A DNA stretch of 64,000 nt, taken from Lingula anatina (taxonomy: Eukaryota; Animalia; Brachiopoda). The notes beneath the pieces were generated by a model. It was not told the origin of the DNA. It saw only the letters and a list, made by a program, of their open reading frames with translations, and did not search any database. Below, one piece after another: positions 46,701-61,854 of the stretch (position 1 is its first letter; every line of letters starts with the position of its first letter). The stretch covers positions 20,460,001-20,524,000 of the forward strand of contig CM120642.1 in NCBI GenBank assembly GCA_051362555.1. Direction: 5' to 3'. The position numbers and the translations under genes were made by a program.

Positions 46701-49700
46701 TGTAACAAGATCTCCAAATCTAGACGCCCGCCATTTTGAAACCTTACTCTACACTCAATATGTATATTTACAAAGACATACAAGACATAATTATGGCTTC
46801 ATCACATTGATCGAAAAAATAATCACCTAATCACTTAATGATTCACTTCCCGTCTGCTAATTAATTTGCTTTGTCGCTTATTCGGTCCAGGTAGAAATTG
46901 ATTGTTTCCGATGGCACACGCCACACGATTAGAAAGGAAAGAAGAGAACGCGTTCAAAGACGTTTTCAATTCTATTGGAATGTTTAAGTTTTACTATAAA
47001 TACAAGTACAAATCCGATTTAGAGAGATCCCCCCAAGGTGAACTCTCTAATTTTTCTACAGAGAAAGAAAAAAACGACTTAATTAAGCTAGTTTCTACAT
47101 GTATTAGAATTTCCAATGCCATGTTTGCTTTGTAGCTATATCCTGAATTGAGATGTTCGGTGTCTAGAAAAATAGAAATGGCACTTCTCAGTACAAGAAA
47201 AAGGACACCTTTTTTGGGGGAGATTCAACACATTAAAAAAGAAGCAAATAAGTCAGTATTATACCTCTGTTGTGAGGCTTCCTTAAAATATGGGCAGTAT
47301 TAAGGTTAATGAGTTGATTGCATTATGACATAGCCATTTATCAATATGATTTCTTAAATTAAGCCGATCAGTCAGCATTCTAAATAAATCATTTTTGGAT
47401 ATAGTCTATATAAACAAGGCATTTTAACTCCAATGTCAATTTTTATTATATAGCGCAATGATCGATCTTTTTGAACCACCGTCCCATTTTTCCTCTCAGA
47501 CAAAATTCAAGCATAGGTTTCCAAGAAAATATCTTAAAATAAAATTTTAGTTAATAATTTTGAACTCTACAAGGGTTAAGTTATTGAGGCGGATTTTAAT
47601 GGATTTACATTCGCGTTTGGAAACAACATACACCGACCGGAATGATAAAATTACATTATTTCTTAGCTCTTTCTCTCTCCCCGTCTTTTCCTATCACGCT
47701 TGATTTGGCAATTAACTGAAGCTGTATTTCTCAGAGGGACAGAACCATCTGTACAGAGTGTTCTTAATGCAAAGCCTTGTCCCAAAACATTCAAAGGGAT
47801 ATTCGGAACATTCTTCTGAAGCGTGAGTGATGCTTCTTATATCTATCTGTTAATTCATGTTCATCTGTCAATTTATTCTTTATTTATCTCTTGACTCGTC
47901 TATTTATTATTTTTTGTTTTTATTTTTTGTTTTTATTTATTATTTTGTTTTCTATTTTTATTGTTTCAAATGTGACCTTACTAACAGAATATAAACGTTA
48001 CCCTTCGCGGGTCAAATATAAAAATGTTTCGATGAGCATGCACTTATGCATCGCGTGTGGATTCACTGCGCCTAGACGGTCTTAGTCTCCGCCAACAAAG
48101 TTCCAGTTGCAAAATAATTAATCCAAAGCGTCACACGCGACACTGGGAATAAGAGGAGGAAAGACTACAGCAAATCGAGAGATCCGGGATTATGACGTGA
48201 TGTCTGTGAATGTTATTGAATGATTAAGATGTTATGATAATTTGTGTATGTTTCGAACTAGTGGTCGACCACGGAACACAGGGTTTTTGTATATATTTTA
48301 GATTTAACCCTGTTTCAGCTCGGTTGATAAAACTCGTGATTGAAAAGAAAAATATTCTCTTAATTTTTCAGGCATGTGAAATTTTTCTTTATCTGCCTAC
48401 TTTCCCCTTTCTAAAACAGCGTACATGTATTGCACTGAAAGAGCCCATATGTTTTACTGTTGTTTAGTAAATTAAATTTTGATCAAAACATATTTTCTCT
48501 GGAGGAGTAATTTCACAGCTGAAGAAGCAGCGGAAATATTCAACACTCTCAGCTGCTTTTAGTAGCTACTTCATATACATGGTCGCTAATACCATTTGAG
48601 TACACATTATTTCATATTACAATACAGATTATATCAACTGATCGCGAAGTACACAATACAATACTCTAGCAAAACTGAAAATAACAAATTAAATGCTTGT
48701 ACAATTGATGTGTTTAGCAGTCGGAGGCGGCCATCGATCATTTTTTTTTTCAAAACACCAATGCCTGGTGTAGCGTGTTATAGTTCTTTTAAAAGGAAAC
48801 CAACGAAATAACTCTTCGGACATTTCGTGGTTGGTTTAAATTGGAATAATATTCCAGCAGCTTAATCTGACATTACCAAAAAAATGTCAAAGTGCAGTTC
48901 AGAAACCTGACAAAATCATCCGCCTTCAGAAATTTAAATGTCGTCAGATAGAAGCAGAATTATGAAGTGAAATATCTTGATTTTATACCTTTTGCCAAAT
49001 AGAGAGGTGCAGATACGAATCCCCCCCCTCCCGCTGCTAAAGTACACGGCCACGTCGCAGTCAGAATAGAACAAGGTAAACTAGAAACTTCAATATTATC
49101 TATAATTACACCAAATTAACCCGAGATCTCCGGGAAAGCCTGCACGTGACGGATAGGCATGAAGGCGCTATAATGTCAGTTTGTAACGAAAGCAACATTG
49201 AAATACAGAGGCTAAATTTCTTGTTTACGTGTCTGCAATATTAATGTGTAAGTATCTCCGTGCCGTTAATGTATAGGATTTTGGAGTCCGAGGTCAAAAG
49301 CAGACGCGCCGCTATACAAATGGGACTTTCAAAACGTGAGAAATGTTTAAGTTGCACGTTCGCTCTATTTGATACACCTCTTCATATTGATATGTATATC
49401 GTTTTGCAGAAAATACAGTAAACCTTCAGTTGTTGCATTTACATGCTAAATTGGTAGTAGCATATACTGCAAAAAAGCTCAGAAAAGTACGTACAAAAAT
49501 ACGACATAGAAGAACCCATTTGATGTTGTATAGAGGTGAGTTTCAATAATGAAAGTACAATCTTTTGAGAAAAAGAAATGAAATGTCTCTCTGGCTAAGA
49601 GCATGTTATCGTTTCCACTTCCTGAATTCATATTTTTGGAATTTATAGGCATATAGGCACAGAACCGGTATATCTGAGAGTACGCTACTCCAAGGTTTGA

Positions 49701-52619
49701 CGACGCGAGTGGTTTTACATGTACACACCAGTTTCAGTTTGCTTGGATTATAAGACAAAAATATCATATCCATATTATTTCATTTAGACAAAACACAAAA
49801 ATGATTTAGTGAAATAATACTTTGTTTTAAATCTACTCGAATAAGGCGCTAACATGGAGCAAGCAAGCCGTGTCTCTCTCTGTGTGTATGTGCAATGAAT
49901 TAAGTACAGCCAGTCTTGCTTGTACCACAATCAGTCATGAGTACTGTACTCGTGCCCCCTTAGGAGGACAAATTCCTGTTTTAGAGTTGTTCTGTGCATA
50001 AAGGAATCGACGGCAACTGCCCTGAGCTGCTATGTGGACGACATGTTAGTGGCAGTGACCGCTGGTTACCGTGACTTTCGGCAACGAGAATCCCCCCCCC
50101 CCTCCCTCCCGTGTAAGTAGCATGGTAGCAGTTGCCCATGAGCACCTCCCTTAATTGGCCTTCCGCTACATTTTCAAAATCAATACAAATAGTCCCAAGT
50201 GTGGAACAACGGACTACGTTACACTGCAGTATAGTGATTCAAAAATAAGAAGACAGTACAATGATTCAAAACAGAAGATCGCCGGCAAAAAGAAAGAATT
50301 AAGGTAGGTTTGTGTAAAGAATTATAAGAGATGGTTCTAAAAATGTTTTCAGATTGCAGCGTCGTTTGTCTAATCTAGTAAGTTTTGTTCAATCATATTT
50401 AAGCAGAAGCTCAATTGGCGAGAAGGACAGGGCTTATTTGGCTTTTACAAACCTCTCGCCCACCTCCCGTCTTTGCTCGCCCAAACATATTTAAATCACT
50501 TATGGTTAATTCTGCACTGAAACAATCGAGATCCGGATTAATATGTCTCTAAATGCATTTTATTTGTTAACGCGTGATTTTGTACGTATACAGAACAGGT
50601 TACCCATAAATAAGTCTACTCCGAAGTGCTTACCAGATGAGACGAAAAATTCGCTAGAGTAAAAAGTATTTTTGTTATAGTCAGATTAAGAGCCCGAGCG
50701 ACTAATGCCTTTATATTGATTTTCAGATTCATCCGGAATTAGCGTCTCTTTTTCATTCAAATTACCTACTAAAATTATAATGTTATTAAAAAATAACCCG
50801 TAAAATTGATTAACAACGTAAAATTGCTCCGATTGTTTGCTCTACGGGCAGTCTGCCGTGACTGTTCTTGCACGGTGATACGTGTACGGAGAAAGCAGAT
50901 GATAAGAAGTATTGCTGGGAAATTGAAGACATTCATTGTTGAATCGTGAAACGAGAGTGCAACATTTTGATTAGCAGATTGTAGGTTGGAAATTATTAAA
51001 CAGGGACACGGAAATGTGGAAAAGAAAAAAAAACGAGAAATTATCAATAAATTAGAAAAGTTATTTTAATGGTACATGGGGACTTTTTGTGTGTGTTTTT
51101 ATGTATCATGCGATTTTTCTTTTGTTATAGCTGTCAAAAGGTTATTCATTATTTCAATCATTTATTCATTTACTAATGCCGGCATAAATATGTGTTTTTG
51201 ACATCAGAATAATCACACGCCATGCCGTCCTATTTGAATGACACAGAATGTGAAGTGTGAGAAATTATAGTCTAAAAGAAATATGATTGTGAGAATTTAA
51301 TGTCACCGCTAGAATGGGGATGAATTTAATTGTCATGAAAAAACATTGAGGTCTTAATATAATTTGACTGGCATGCACCCGCTTTTTGTCCGACCTAATG
51401 CGAAACGCCCCCGGCCGTCACCGAGGGCATGGCAGGTACGATGAGGGAAACAATTTGACAAGATGACAAACCGCTGGCGTCCAAGTGGCGGGCCTTGTTC
51501 TTCCACCTGATTTAGGGGGCAACAGATAACTATTGATAATTGACGGAATGATATATGAAGCATATTTGTAATCCAATCTACTACCAGCTGAGGGCGACAA
51601 GTCGGGAATCTGCGTGTTGTGAAGGCGCTTATATAGATAAAATGGAATGTGATTCAATATTTTTTCCCTGGCTTTTTTTTTTCAGTTCACACTTTGCTAA
51701 GTTTGTTTAATTTATCATAAACACTTAATCTCTCTTTCTCTTTTTCTTTGAGTTCGTATTTACTTTTTACCCACGTTCTTAGCCATTGTTCTTTTCCTCC
51801 ACGTGCTTCATGCGAACGTGCCGCAAGTGCGGGTATAGAGACAACTTGCAATTAAACCTGAGCTTAAAGATACCCCCTTTCACTAAAACAGCCCTTATGA
51901 GCAGATGTGCCGTCGATGAAACATCTCATTTTCCTGTCTGTCCCTCCCCTCCTAGCGTGGATAGTGCACCCTCTCACCAGCACAATGAGTTTTTCGGGGG
52001 GGTAAAAAACCAAGGTTTCATTGCAGTCAGGCTTCAGTATATTTAGTATACAGAACGCATGCAGTTAAATACATAGGGGCGAAATATTAGCTCAAATTAC
52101 TCAATTAAAAGAGATTTTGATAGCGTTTTCGATATTTTTTTAAATGTCCTATTCAATTTTGCCTGTTTTTTTTTTTTTTTTTGTTTCTTTTTTATTTAAA
52201 GCACTGGGTACAATTGAGTTCTCTGTATGTTGTGTCAGATCACTCAAGAATAACTGCGCAGGGAAGGCTGGGAACGCTCACTCACTCCTTAAACATTGAG
52301 AGACAGACTTATAGTAACTGGCTCGCGCTGCCAGTAATTACGCAGCGGGATATTAAGGGCACAGACCGTGATCATAAGACATACCGCGAATAGAAAATAG
52401 AATTTAGAAAATAGACATTGCATGTGAACGAAGCCAAAGTTTCATGCAAAAGAAAAAAACTGTCTCGTCTGTGGTTACCCACTGGAAGACGAAAAAACAA
52501 TTCATATCCCACTGTCAAAATATTAAAAGGAATGCTAGATATAAGATAAACCGTAAGTCGTTTTCCACCCAGATCAACAGGAAATAAACTCTTCAGATAA
52601 ATTTTGTAGAATACTAAGG

Positions 52620-52737
52620 TGTAAAGAGACATAAGTCATCCTAAACACAAGCAAATTTGTACAAACGTTTTTTTAAATAAGAATGTAAAGATGTAAAGAG
52701 ACATAAGTCATCCTAAACACAAGCAAATTTGTACAAA
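52620..52737. repeat. 46-bp direct duplication with a 72-bp period
   Basis: TGTAAAGAGACATAAGTCATCCTAAACACAAGCAAATTTGTACAAA at 52620 and 52692. Confidence 0.9.
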
Positions 52738-55196
52738 GTTGTTTTTTTTAATCAGGATTGGATGTCTGCCTGCATTGGATGTTATAGTCTATATTATGCA
52801 TATATTTATTTTCTCCCTGGTCAGTGTGTACTTACAAGAGATAAGAGGGAAAAGTAGAAAAAGCCTGGCAGTTTACAATATTTATGATGAAAAGATAAAT
52901 AAGATGTTGTAATATAGACGTGTGTTAGTATAACACGAATTACACTAATAAGTACAAGTGATATTGCAAAGACATGGAGGAACATAATAAGATAAACAAG
53001 TGTAATTAGAACACAAATAGTACTCATTGTAAATAAGTTAACACACTTAATATATTGTAAATATACCTGATCATCGCTATATATAGTGTTGTATTTGTTA
53101 TAATAAATCTTTAATATTTTTTTCTGAACAAGGACAATATTACTGCACCTCTCCAGCATAGCTCTATGCGAACTTGTCTTTCAGTGATTTTATATGTAGA
53201 TATTAAATGTACCAAAGAAAAATAATTGCGCAAAATGGAAAGTTTAAAAAAGTTCTGTCTGATAGGCCAAATTGTGAAACGATATTAGCGGTTGATAGAA
53301 TAACATCAGTCATTTACGTGGTATTTGACGTCTTGTAATCCTCGTGAATCTTTATTTGTTTACTCCCTGTAAAATGTCAACAGGTGGCAGACGGCTGAAG
53401 ACGCCACAGTATACCATCTTTTACTTTTACCTTTTTGGAACATATCATATTTAGTTTCAAATGGCTGTAAAAATGCCAGTAGGCTGTGTGTAGCTTTCCT
53501 GTGATTTTTGGTGGCGTGGTAAGATTCTCAGCAAAACTGTGCGTGACACCATCATTGTAGTAAGCAGAGTAAAAAATAATTATAAACACACATTTCTTGA
53601 GTGAGGTTAAATACCCGTAAGTCCCCCAAGTTTACATTGCCGTTACTACACATCCAAGCGCCCGGATAAGGAAGAAAGGAGATTCTGATCCGGTCATTTT
53701 ACACTTTTCCATTCACTTATCAAATTACACCCCTATCCCATCTGTATATATGTCCAGTCCGTGAAGTTCGCCGCACGTGCCTGCTGTCTCAACGCGCCGC
53801 GCGCGTGCTTATAATGGCCGTGATTACGTACCTGTCAACGAGGAAAACACAAGGCAGCTGTCGCTCACTTTGTCATGACGGTTTCCCCACATATAAAGTG
53901 ACATTACGCCACCATTATTGGTCATCGACAGCGTTTTCTGTTCGCTTACAAAAAAACATTTAGTGCAATGTTTTCGAAATTCCGTTTTCAAAAATTGAAA
54001 AAATAAGGGCGATGTCAAGACTGAATAAAACGAGGTTGAAAAGTAATTCCTAATTTTACCTGGTATGAAATATAGAATAAATACTCGTACACCAACCATA
54101 AAAATGTACTCAAAAACAAGGAAACACTTTTATTAGAACCAGATAGAGGTGTAGAGACAAAAAAAGCGTTTGCCTAAAAGACATTTCTCATATCCGATAT
54201 CTTGTCTCAGAATTTTTTTTTTTCGAGTTGAGCCTAATGCCCGTAGTAAATATGGCATGCGTTCAAATATTTTTCTTATACAATTAATGTATACTTATAT
54301 TTCTTCTACTTCAGTATTTGAACCTATTTTTCAAATTAGTGTCTACATTCCCTGCACATATGCATCTTGGTTATACTTCAAAAACGACCAAATAGGACCT
54401 ATGTGTCTGTGCGTTATCATTCAACTGTTACGTCTAATGTGTGACTCTCACTCAAACATCTGATCATTTTCCGGGTTTCAACTAAGTAGCTACAAAACAG
54501 ACTCGGTAGTAGTATTTACCAATCTACTTCTTAAGCCGATAGACCTGACATTTCTATGAATAATATATCATCAAAACACTTTAGCAGTTTCAACGTGGTC
54601 GACTCTTGGTATGTGATAATTTATTCATCAACCTTAGCAATCAGTTGAGCAGTTAAGAGCAAAAAACAAAAAATTGAATTAGGATGAAGCTCTATCGACC
54701 GGCCCCATTAAGTCAAACGCATATTAGCCGCCTGCGTTTACTCTCGCTCGCCGCGAAAGACTTTATCAGATTACGGAATTAAACCGCAGTTTATAATTCC
54801 GCCATCTAAGGCTCTTAATGACTGAAGAAAAGATCTGATAGCGACAAATTAAATGACAGCCATCTATCTATGCCTACCCCGCAGAATCTCCCCTAGGACC
54901 GCACAAACACTCTGTAGGCAGCAGCCGAGGATTAGAGCTTGGGGACCGGGGTTGTTCCTTGATTAACCTAATGGCGATTTAAATGCAGTTAATGTGGAGG
55001 GAATTTGACGTGGCCCAGCTGTTCATAATGACGACGGGGCTACGACACGACTAGAAAACACTTCAAGAGCTCGCTCCTATCTGTATGGCCTTTTGGTAGA
55101 GAGAACTCAAAGTAACAGCTCATTCCAGGTTACTGAGAAAATTATGAAGAATTGGAAGCTAGCGACGCCTATGGCCTGCTCTGGGAAATCAAGAAG

Positions 55197-55481
55197 ATGG
55201 TACGATTTGTCTTTCTTTGGCTCTTGACAAGCTGTACAATCTCTAGGAGTCAGAATACGCAACATCAGCTTGAGCAGCGGACCATGAATACGCCTCGGCT
55301 TCCAGTAGCGCAGTCCGTGGTGCGCAGTGTGTTTGATGTTCCAGCTCGCCTTGGCATGGCTGCTGGGCGCATTGGTGGTGGCATATCCCGTAAAATACAC
55401 AGCTTTGATCGGAAAAGATCTCACCTTTTTTTCTATAGTATAAGGAATAGAGAAGCATTCCCGTTGGGACTTAATGTTTAA
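55197..55481 (+). CDS. Candidate small secreted basic protein / peptide precursor (94 aa), unknown family
   Basis: AAGATGG context; MVRFVFLWLLTSCTISRS is signal-like; locally raised GC; upstream TTCCAG acceptor at ~55128; AATAAA at 55576. No recognisable homology. Confidence 0.35.
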   Translation: MVRFVFLWLLTSCTISRSQNTQHQLEQRTMNTPRLPVAQSVVRSVFDVPARLGMAAGRIGGGISRKIHSFDRKRSHLFFYSIRNREAFPLGLNV

Positions 55482-58400
55482 TGAATTTCTTGTGTATTGC
55501 AAAATGTGTCAAAAATTAATTTTATTATATCGACTCGTTTAAATGCCACGGGAGATTTAATTATATTTTTAAAGCAATAAATGTCACATTTGTAAAGGAA
55601 CAGGTGCTATACGCCACAATGAATGCAGCGTTAAACGCTGAAAAAGATCTGTAGCATAGAACAAAAGAAATGATAAAGATAAATTCTCATTGTCCTCGAT
55701 TGGTCCAGGTTTGTACGAGTACATGTATTTTATTGAACCACCTCTATTAATATGCGGGCAATGTCACAATACAATATTACGGTACGCACAGTGACAGCTT
55801 GTAAATTAAATGAGGATAAGAAGAGAGTCAAGTGTCCGTGTATAAACAGACCAAATATATACAATACACTTGTGAATGTATGTGGGTATGCACGTGTCTT
55901 GTGATAGTCTTAGAAGTTTACGCATTCAGTAAGTACACAACCTGCGTAATGTTTGATTATCTCATTAACTCCTGTGTTATGATATCCTACCAATTCTTAA
56001 TAAAATACAGAACGGATGGCAAGAAGTATTAAGGTTAATGACCATCTACATGTGCGCGTGTTCATGTGTGTGTGCGTGTGCTTCTGCGTGCTTGACGAAT
56101 GTTGAAATTGAGAAGTGAGTTGGGTGATCCTTGTAGAGCTGAATAGTGTCTTGAATGATCAAAATTATTTTCAGAGCTTTGATGATTTATGTCATTATGA
56201 AGTTGCCCTACTATATTTTTTGTAAAAAGCAAAGTGGCCGTGTACGGTAAACGATAATGCAATTAAAGATATTGCTTTTACTAAGAACGGTATTCTAGTA
56301 TTGTTTTTTGAAATGCATACACATTTTTTGGATATTCCATTTTGATTAATCTCATCTACAACGTACTCGAACCTCACGACGTGAGATATTTCAGACAGTG
56401 TATGAATTTTGCTTCCCTTACATTAATTTTTTGTGAGAAATTTTTTTGTCAGGATTATCAAATTTCAGTCATTATCATTGTCATTTTTCAATGTTGAATT
56501 AGTTGAATTGCCATCCAGGTATCCTTCCATTCTTTCCAGTGCAGCGTTCACCTAGTCCTGCCCTGGCGAATTACCCCCAAGACGACATAGGCCATTACGG
56601 AACAAAAGACTAAGGAAACCTTCCTCTCTCGACATATTTTATGTATGAGTACCATTCTATCGAGTCCAAATACTAATAACTGAATTGCTGTTATTTTCCT
56701 TTGTTTTGGATAAATCTCTGCTTCCTTATTCAAATTTCGTGATGAACTGGGAATGGAATGAACACAGGGAAGTGAAGTTTTTTCTTTGTCCTTAATCTTA
56801 CCTGTAGGGTTCGTGTACGACCTCAGGCAAATCTCTTTTAACCTAAAAAAATATTAACACGCATATATTTTTCATGAAAATGCACGAACTCGTCACAAAT
56901 TTTATCAGTTTTTATTAGGACATCCTATCAGAAGAGAACTGAAAGGGTCGGAAATGCTCCTACTTGTGTAGATTTTCACCAGTGATTGTTCACAAACTAC
57001 CTTTTGGTCAGTATTTGGTGTTAATAATAAGAAACGTTTAAAGCACAGTAAAATTTCAAGACAATTTTTTTTTTTTTTTTTTGAAAAAGCATACTGCAAA
57101 ATATGCATTGCTTATTTTTCATTAAATGCAATTTCAGTTGTCTAGAGCCTGCCAAGATGTCGGAAAAAAAGAATATTGAGTCGCAAGTAACCTTAGGTTC
57201 CTGTTGCAAGACATGCTGGTATGATTTGGGGTAATTAATGAATTCTTCAATACTTTATCCACTTTATTTTACGCGTTTTTAATTCGCCTTTTGTTGGGTC
57301 CTCTGAAACTTGGAACAAAAACGAAATTGCCCTCTTGAGCGGGAAGGTTTTGTCGGTGAAGAGATTGCAGACAAGACGAATAGCCGTCCAGGGATTTGCA
57401 TCGTCTCGGACTGATCATTTTGCACCTGACTTTTATCTCTCCTCGGAGTTTTCTGACTGAGTGATTTGCCCCAAAGGAAGGGCCTGAGCAACAGGCGCAT
57501 CAATACTTAACTATTCTGGTCTTAGTTCCTTCACGCATTTCCACGTGCACCTGTACTAAAACGCCAGTACTTGTCTTTGTTTTGTTTTGTTTTGTTTTGT
57601 TTTAACCTTTGTCATTGTACGCAGATAAGATATCGAGACGGTCAAGTTTGAGGGGATATTCCATAAATCCCTCTTTGCCGATTCAGCACTCACTGCCATA
57701 TCTAACAGGAAAAGGCCCTAGTACATGTACATGGCGTATAACTTAGTTTATTGACAATGTCCGCGTAAGCCGCTAGTCATTGTTTCTGGAAAAATCCCAT
57801 TAACCTCTGTTGCTTTTTCAAAAATTCTCAGCAAATTTCTCCTTAAACTGCATTATACAACTTACTGTGTCTAATAATGTCTGACAGAATATTTTCCACC
57901 ATTTAATATCCGCTTTTGCATTAATGGGCACGAGAATTTTAAGTATTCTTTAAATTGTTTATGTAAATCTCCGACTTTGAACTTTCAACTTCTCCATTTA
58001 CTTATTGGTGTAATCTGTGCTGTACTATACGCATGTCTATATTAAAACATCTTATTCAGCTTTTCATATTAAATGGTTTAAACCAACCGTGTGTCTTGAG
58101 TTTTCCCTCTTTTCATCTCTACCTAGTAACTATTTTTTTTTTTATTATATAAATTCAACGTCCCCCATCAAGCCGGAAATTTATAATTTTCTGTATTGAC
58201 GTATTCGAGTAAGATGTGGATCTAGTTTCGCCCCATATTTTTAATAATATTTAACGTTACCATCAAAACATATTACAGTAAATTTATACTTATTTAATTC
58301 TCAAAAAGTCAATATTTTCAGTTTAGCGGAATCCAACCAACGAGTTGGCAATTTAGGCACTGACAAATACGAGTTATTTTCATAATTGTAGACTGACGAT

Positions 58401-59073
58401 AACTTGATATAATCTGTTTGGCTTTCAACTGCATGTTTCACCCACTAGTAAAGCAATATAATATCTGTTTTTCTTTTACTAAAAATGTACACTATTCTAA
58501 TTTACATCGATGTTTAATTATTTAACCTATTTGTATTTTAATCTGATCATTTCTTTTCCTCAAAATCAATCTAGTTTTGTAATTATATAGCTAATGAACA
58601 TTTTTGCTCATTTAGTTTTGTAATTGTTCACCACATTTATTTATTATACATGTATAGCGTATCTACATATCAAGAAAAGCGAAACTTATTATTATTTATT
58701 ATTATTGTTATTACTCATTTATTTATTTATTTGTTAATAGGTTTCTCTCTCTGCTGAAAGTGCGTATTTAAAAGACACTCTTATCTTTCAATAGTGCTCA
58801 CTTTTTTCTTTTATTCATGTTCATCAAAAGGTTTTGTCCGATTGTGTCGCCAGTCATTTCTTTAATAATTTTAATAACTTACAAACCAATCTGCTAATTA
58901 CACATTTCCAATGCAACGGAGCTTCTTTGTTTCTTTTTCTTCAAAATATTATCTCAGTAAGAAAGGCCAAAACCACAGAAAACCACAGACTGAAATTCGA
59001 GCTTCTTGAATTGTACAGTAGATATATTCAAACAATGCTTTAAATCGAGAACAATAGTATACAGAATGCATAC

Positions 59074-59593
59074 ACCCTATTTATCAAATCAATCATCAGC
59101 ACCTGTTACACATACGAATGAAGAAGATTTCGATAAAATTAAAGTCTGAATTAAAAAACCAGGAACTTATTTTGTTGGCACTCGTCCTTCTTCATCTGGT
59201 ACATGTAATTAATTTAACCCATATCACTATTACTACCTGAATAAATGACATATTGGCGGAACAAACGCCTGATTGGCTACGACGTGATTAAACTGAAAAA
59301 AAGGTCGAGTAAAACAACAAAAGGGAGGATATTACCCAATTTATATAATCAATCTCCAGCACCTGTTACACATACGAATGAAGAAGTGTTAGATAAGGTC
59401 TGTATTAAAAAACCAGGAACTTATTTTGCTGGCACTCGTGCCTCTTCATCTGGTAGATGTGATTAATTTAACCCATATCACTATTACTACCTGAATAAAT
59501 GACATATTGTCGGAACAAACGCCTGATTGGCTGCGACGTGATTAAACTGAAGAAATGAGATCGAGTAAAACAACAAAAGGAAGGATATTACCC
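59074..59593. repeat. Two-copy tandem duplication with a ~260-bp unit
   Basis: CAGCACCTGTTACACATACGAATGAAGAAG at 59097 and 59357; similarity extends to GAGTAAAACAACAAAAGG.AGGATATTACCC in both copies. Confidence 0.92.
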
Positions 59594-60169
59594 GTAGTTT
59601 TATGCATGTTCTAACAGCCAAGAATACAAGGTTCTCTTTTACGATGTTACACATCGATTTGTAATCAAAAACTTCCTTCGCGGACCCTTTCATCGGTGTT
59701 TACATACTACGAAATCACATCGGGGCAGCTTTTATAGCTTTTCTTTGATTCTGAAATAGATATGGTGGTCTTTTAACGCATTTTTTTTCTGCGCCATGGC
59801 TAAAAACACTGGCAATTAAATTGAAAATCACGATATCATTGTTCTTGACTAAATAACACTTTTAGACCTTATGAGTCTAAAGCTACCATGATATATTAAT
59901 TTACATTAGTCTAGCGCTGTTTTTTTATTTTGATTATCTTACTAAGTTGAATTACTACCACCAGCGAATTAAGATGGGGACTCGAAGTGTTCGGTGGTGA
60001 AAGATGGCGCATTTACACAGCGCGAACAAGTTTTTCTTTCATGTCGCAGTCAGGGGCGAAATAAAAATCTTGTTACAAAGCTTATTCGAACAAGTAACGT
60101 CTTTAAAAATTTAAGTTCGAAATGTAAGTGATCGTTCTGAGTTTACATGACCCTGGGTTGATTATTATA

Positions 60170-60173
<4 letters not shown>

Positions 60174-60205
<32 letters not shown>
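60174..60205. repeat. (TA)n microsatellite
   Basis: Direct observation; others occur at ~20836 and ~29793. Confidence 0.9.
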
Positions 60206-60210
<5 letters not shown>

Positions 60211-61854
60211 GTTCTAAAATATAGCTCCTTATCATCACCACCTCAATAACAAACAGTTTTATTTATCTTTTTATCTTGGTTCAAGTTCAAGATGGGAAAA
60301 TGTGAAATTACTTTGTAGAAGGAACGGAAAAGGTGTACATTGAATTCATTGCTTACTGCGAAAATACTAGAGTTGGTTCAAGACACACTGGTTCTAATAT
60401 ATATATATATATTTTTTTTTCGTAAGTTCACTTTTGAAATAAGGTCTAAATCAGGATTTTTGAATAGCCTTAACGTTGAAATTATCTATTTTTTAAAAAT
60501 TTCCTCGCCTTTCACCAAACACGAAAAGTCTAACCTACCTTTCAAGCTATTTGGCGGTTTTTACTTTCATACAGCCTATTTATTGTACAGTTTAGCTGTG
60601 GCCTACAGTTAAATGATTTATTGGCCCTTGCATGAATCGCGCCACTTTTATAAAATCTTGTAACTATTTCTAATATATAATTTACGCACGTTCTGGCGTC
60701 CTTATGACTTCACTGTGAACCAATACCAGTTAGACTTTTCCATAGGTTGTATGTATTATATTACCATCGGCTTTCAAACTGATTTATTTTAGACAGTACT
60801 GGTTCATACATTATTTCGTTATCTGCGAGGCAACTATGGCGGTGCGTATGTCAGACCTTTTTAGCCATCAATTATCCATTATAGCGTAAGGAAAAGCATC
60901 GCTGAATACAGACTCCGATGTAAAGATAAATGACTGTATTGTTTTCAGTTAAATGATAGTCGTAAGGGCTTTCAAGCATAAAACGTGGGGCTCTTGAAAT
61001 TGTTGTCAAATGTTGACGTATACTGCATTGTTTCCAAGTGATGCAGCTTGTTTGTCACTCGTGTGTGCGTGGAAACAAGACCTTACGACTTATTTGTTTT
61101 CACCATTTATATTTTTACTTGGCGTCGAGGAAAACTACGTAATACCGTATGTCATTCTCTAAAGAACCATTTGATTATCAGCAAGACGCTCCTGAAGCAA
61201 AAACCATCATACATTAAGCCAAAGCTTCAACAAAATGTCCACCATTGCACTCTGTGACCGGTTAATACTTTGTTTTGATATCATGTGGTGAGTATATAAA
61301 TGTAAAATATAACTGCGATTTTTAATTCATAATAATATTTTACTAAAAGCTACACCCCTACGTAAACGCTAGAAGTGCCATTAGTTACGTTGCCACTTCA
61401 TTTAGCTAAATAAGAAATAAGAAATAAAACGAAATTTACACAGTTGAGATAGCCTATGGAATTAATTATTTTGGGCATCTTTTCATTTTATTGAGAAGCG
61501 TGCAATAAACAATGGCATTGCTTAGCAATTTGCATTTTTGCCCTTCATGTTGAAACCTTGAATATGCTCATAAATATCTAAACTTTCATGAACAATATTT
61601 TTATTCCTTTTTTATTGTATCTAAAATTTTGATGAATTTGTTTTGTTTTCTGCCTAGTGCATGGTGAAACGACCATCATGTTCTTACTCCGTTGTTAATT
61701 AACGTTTTCATGTGCTTGATTCTGCTATGCTGCATTTTATTCAGAAAAAAAGGTGAAACAGAAAACAGAGACGGAAGTGGAGCATTCCACTTCTAAAAGA
61801 AGTGTAATTTTCATCAACAAAAAGTGTACTATATAGCCGTCTAACCCCCTTTTT

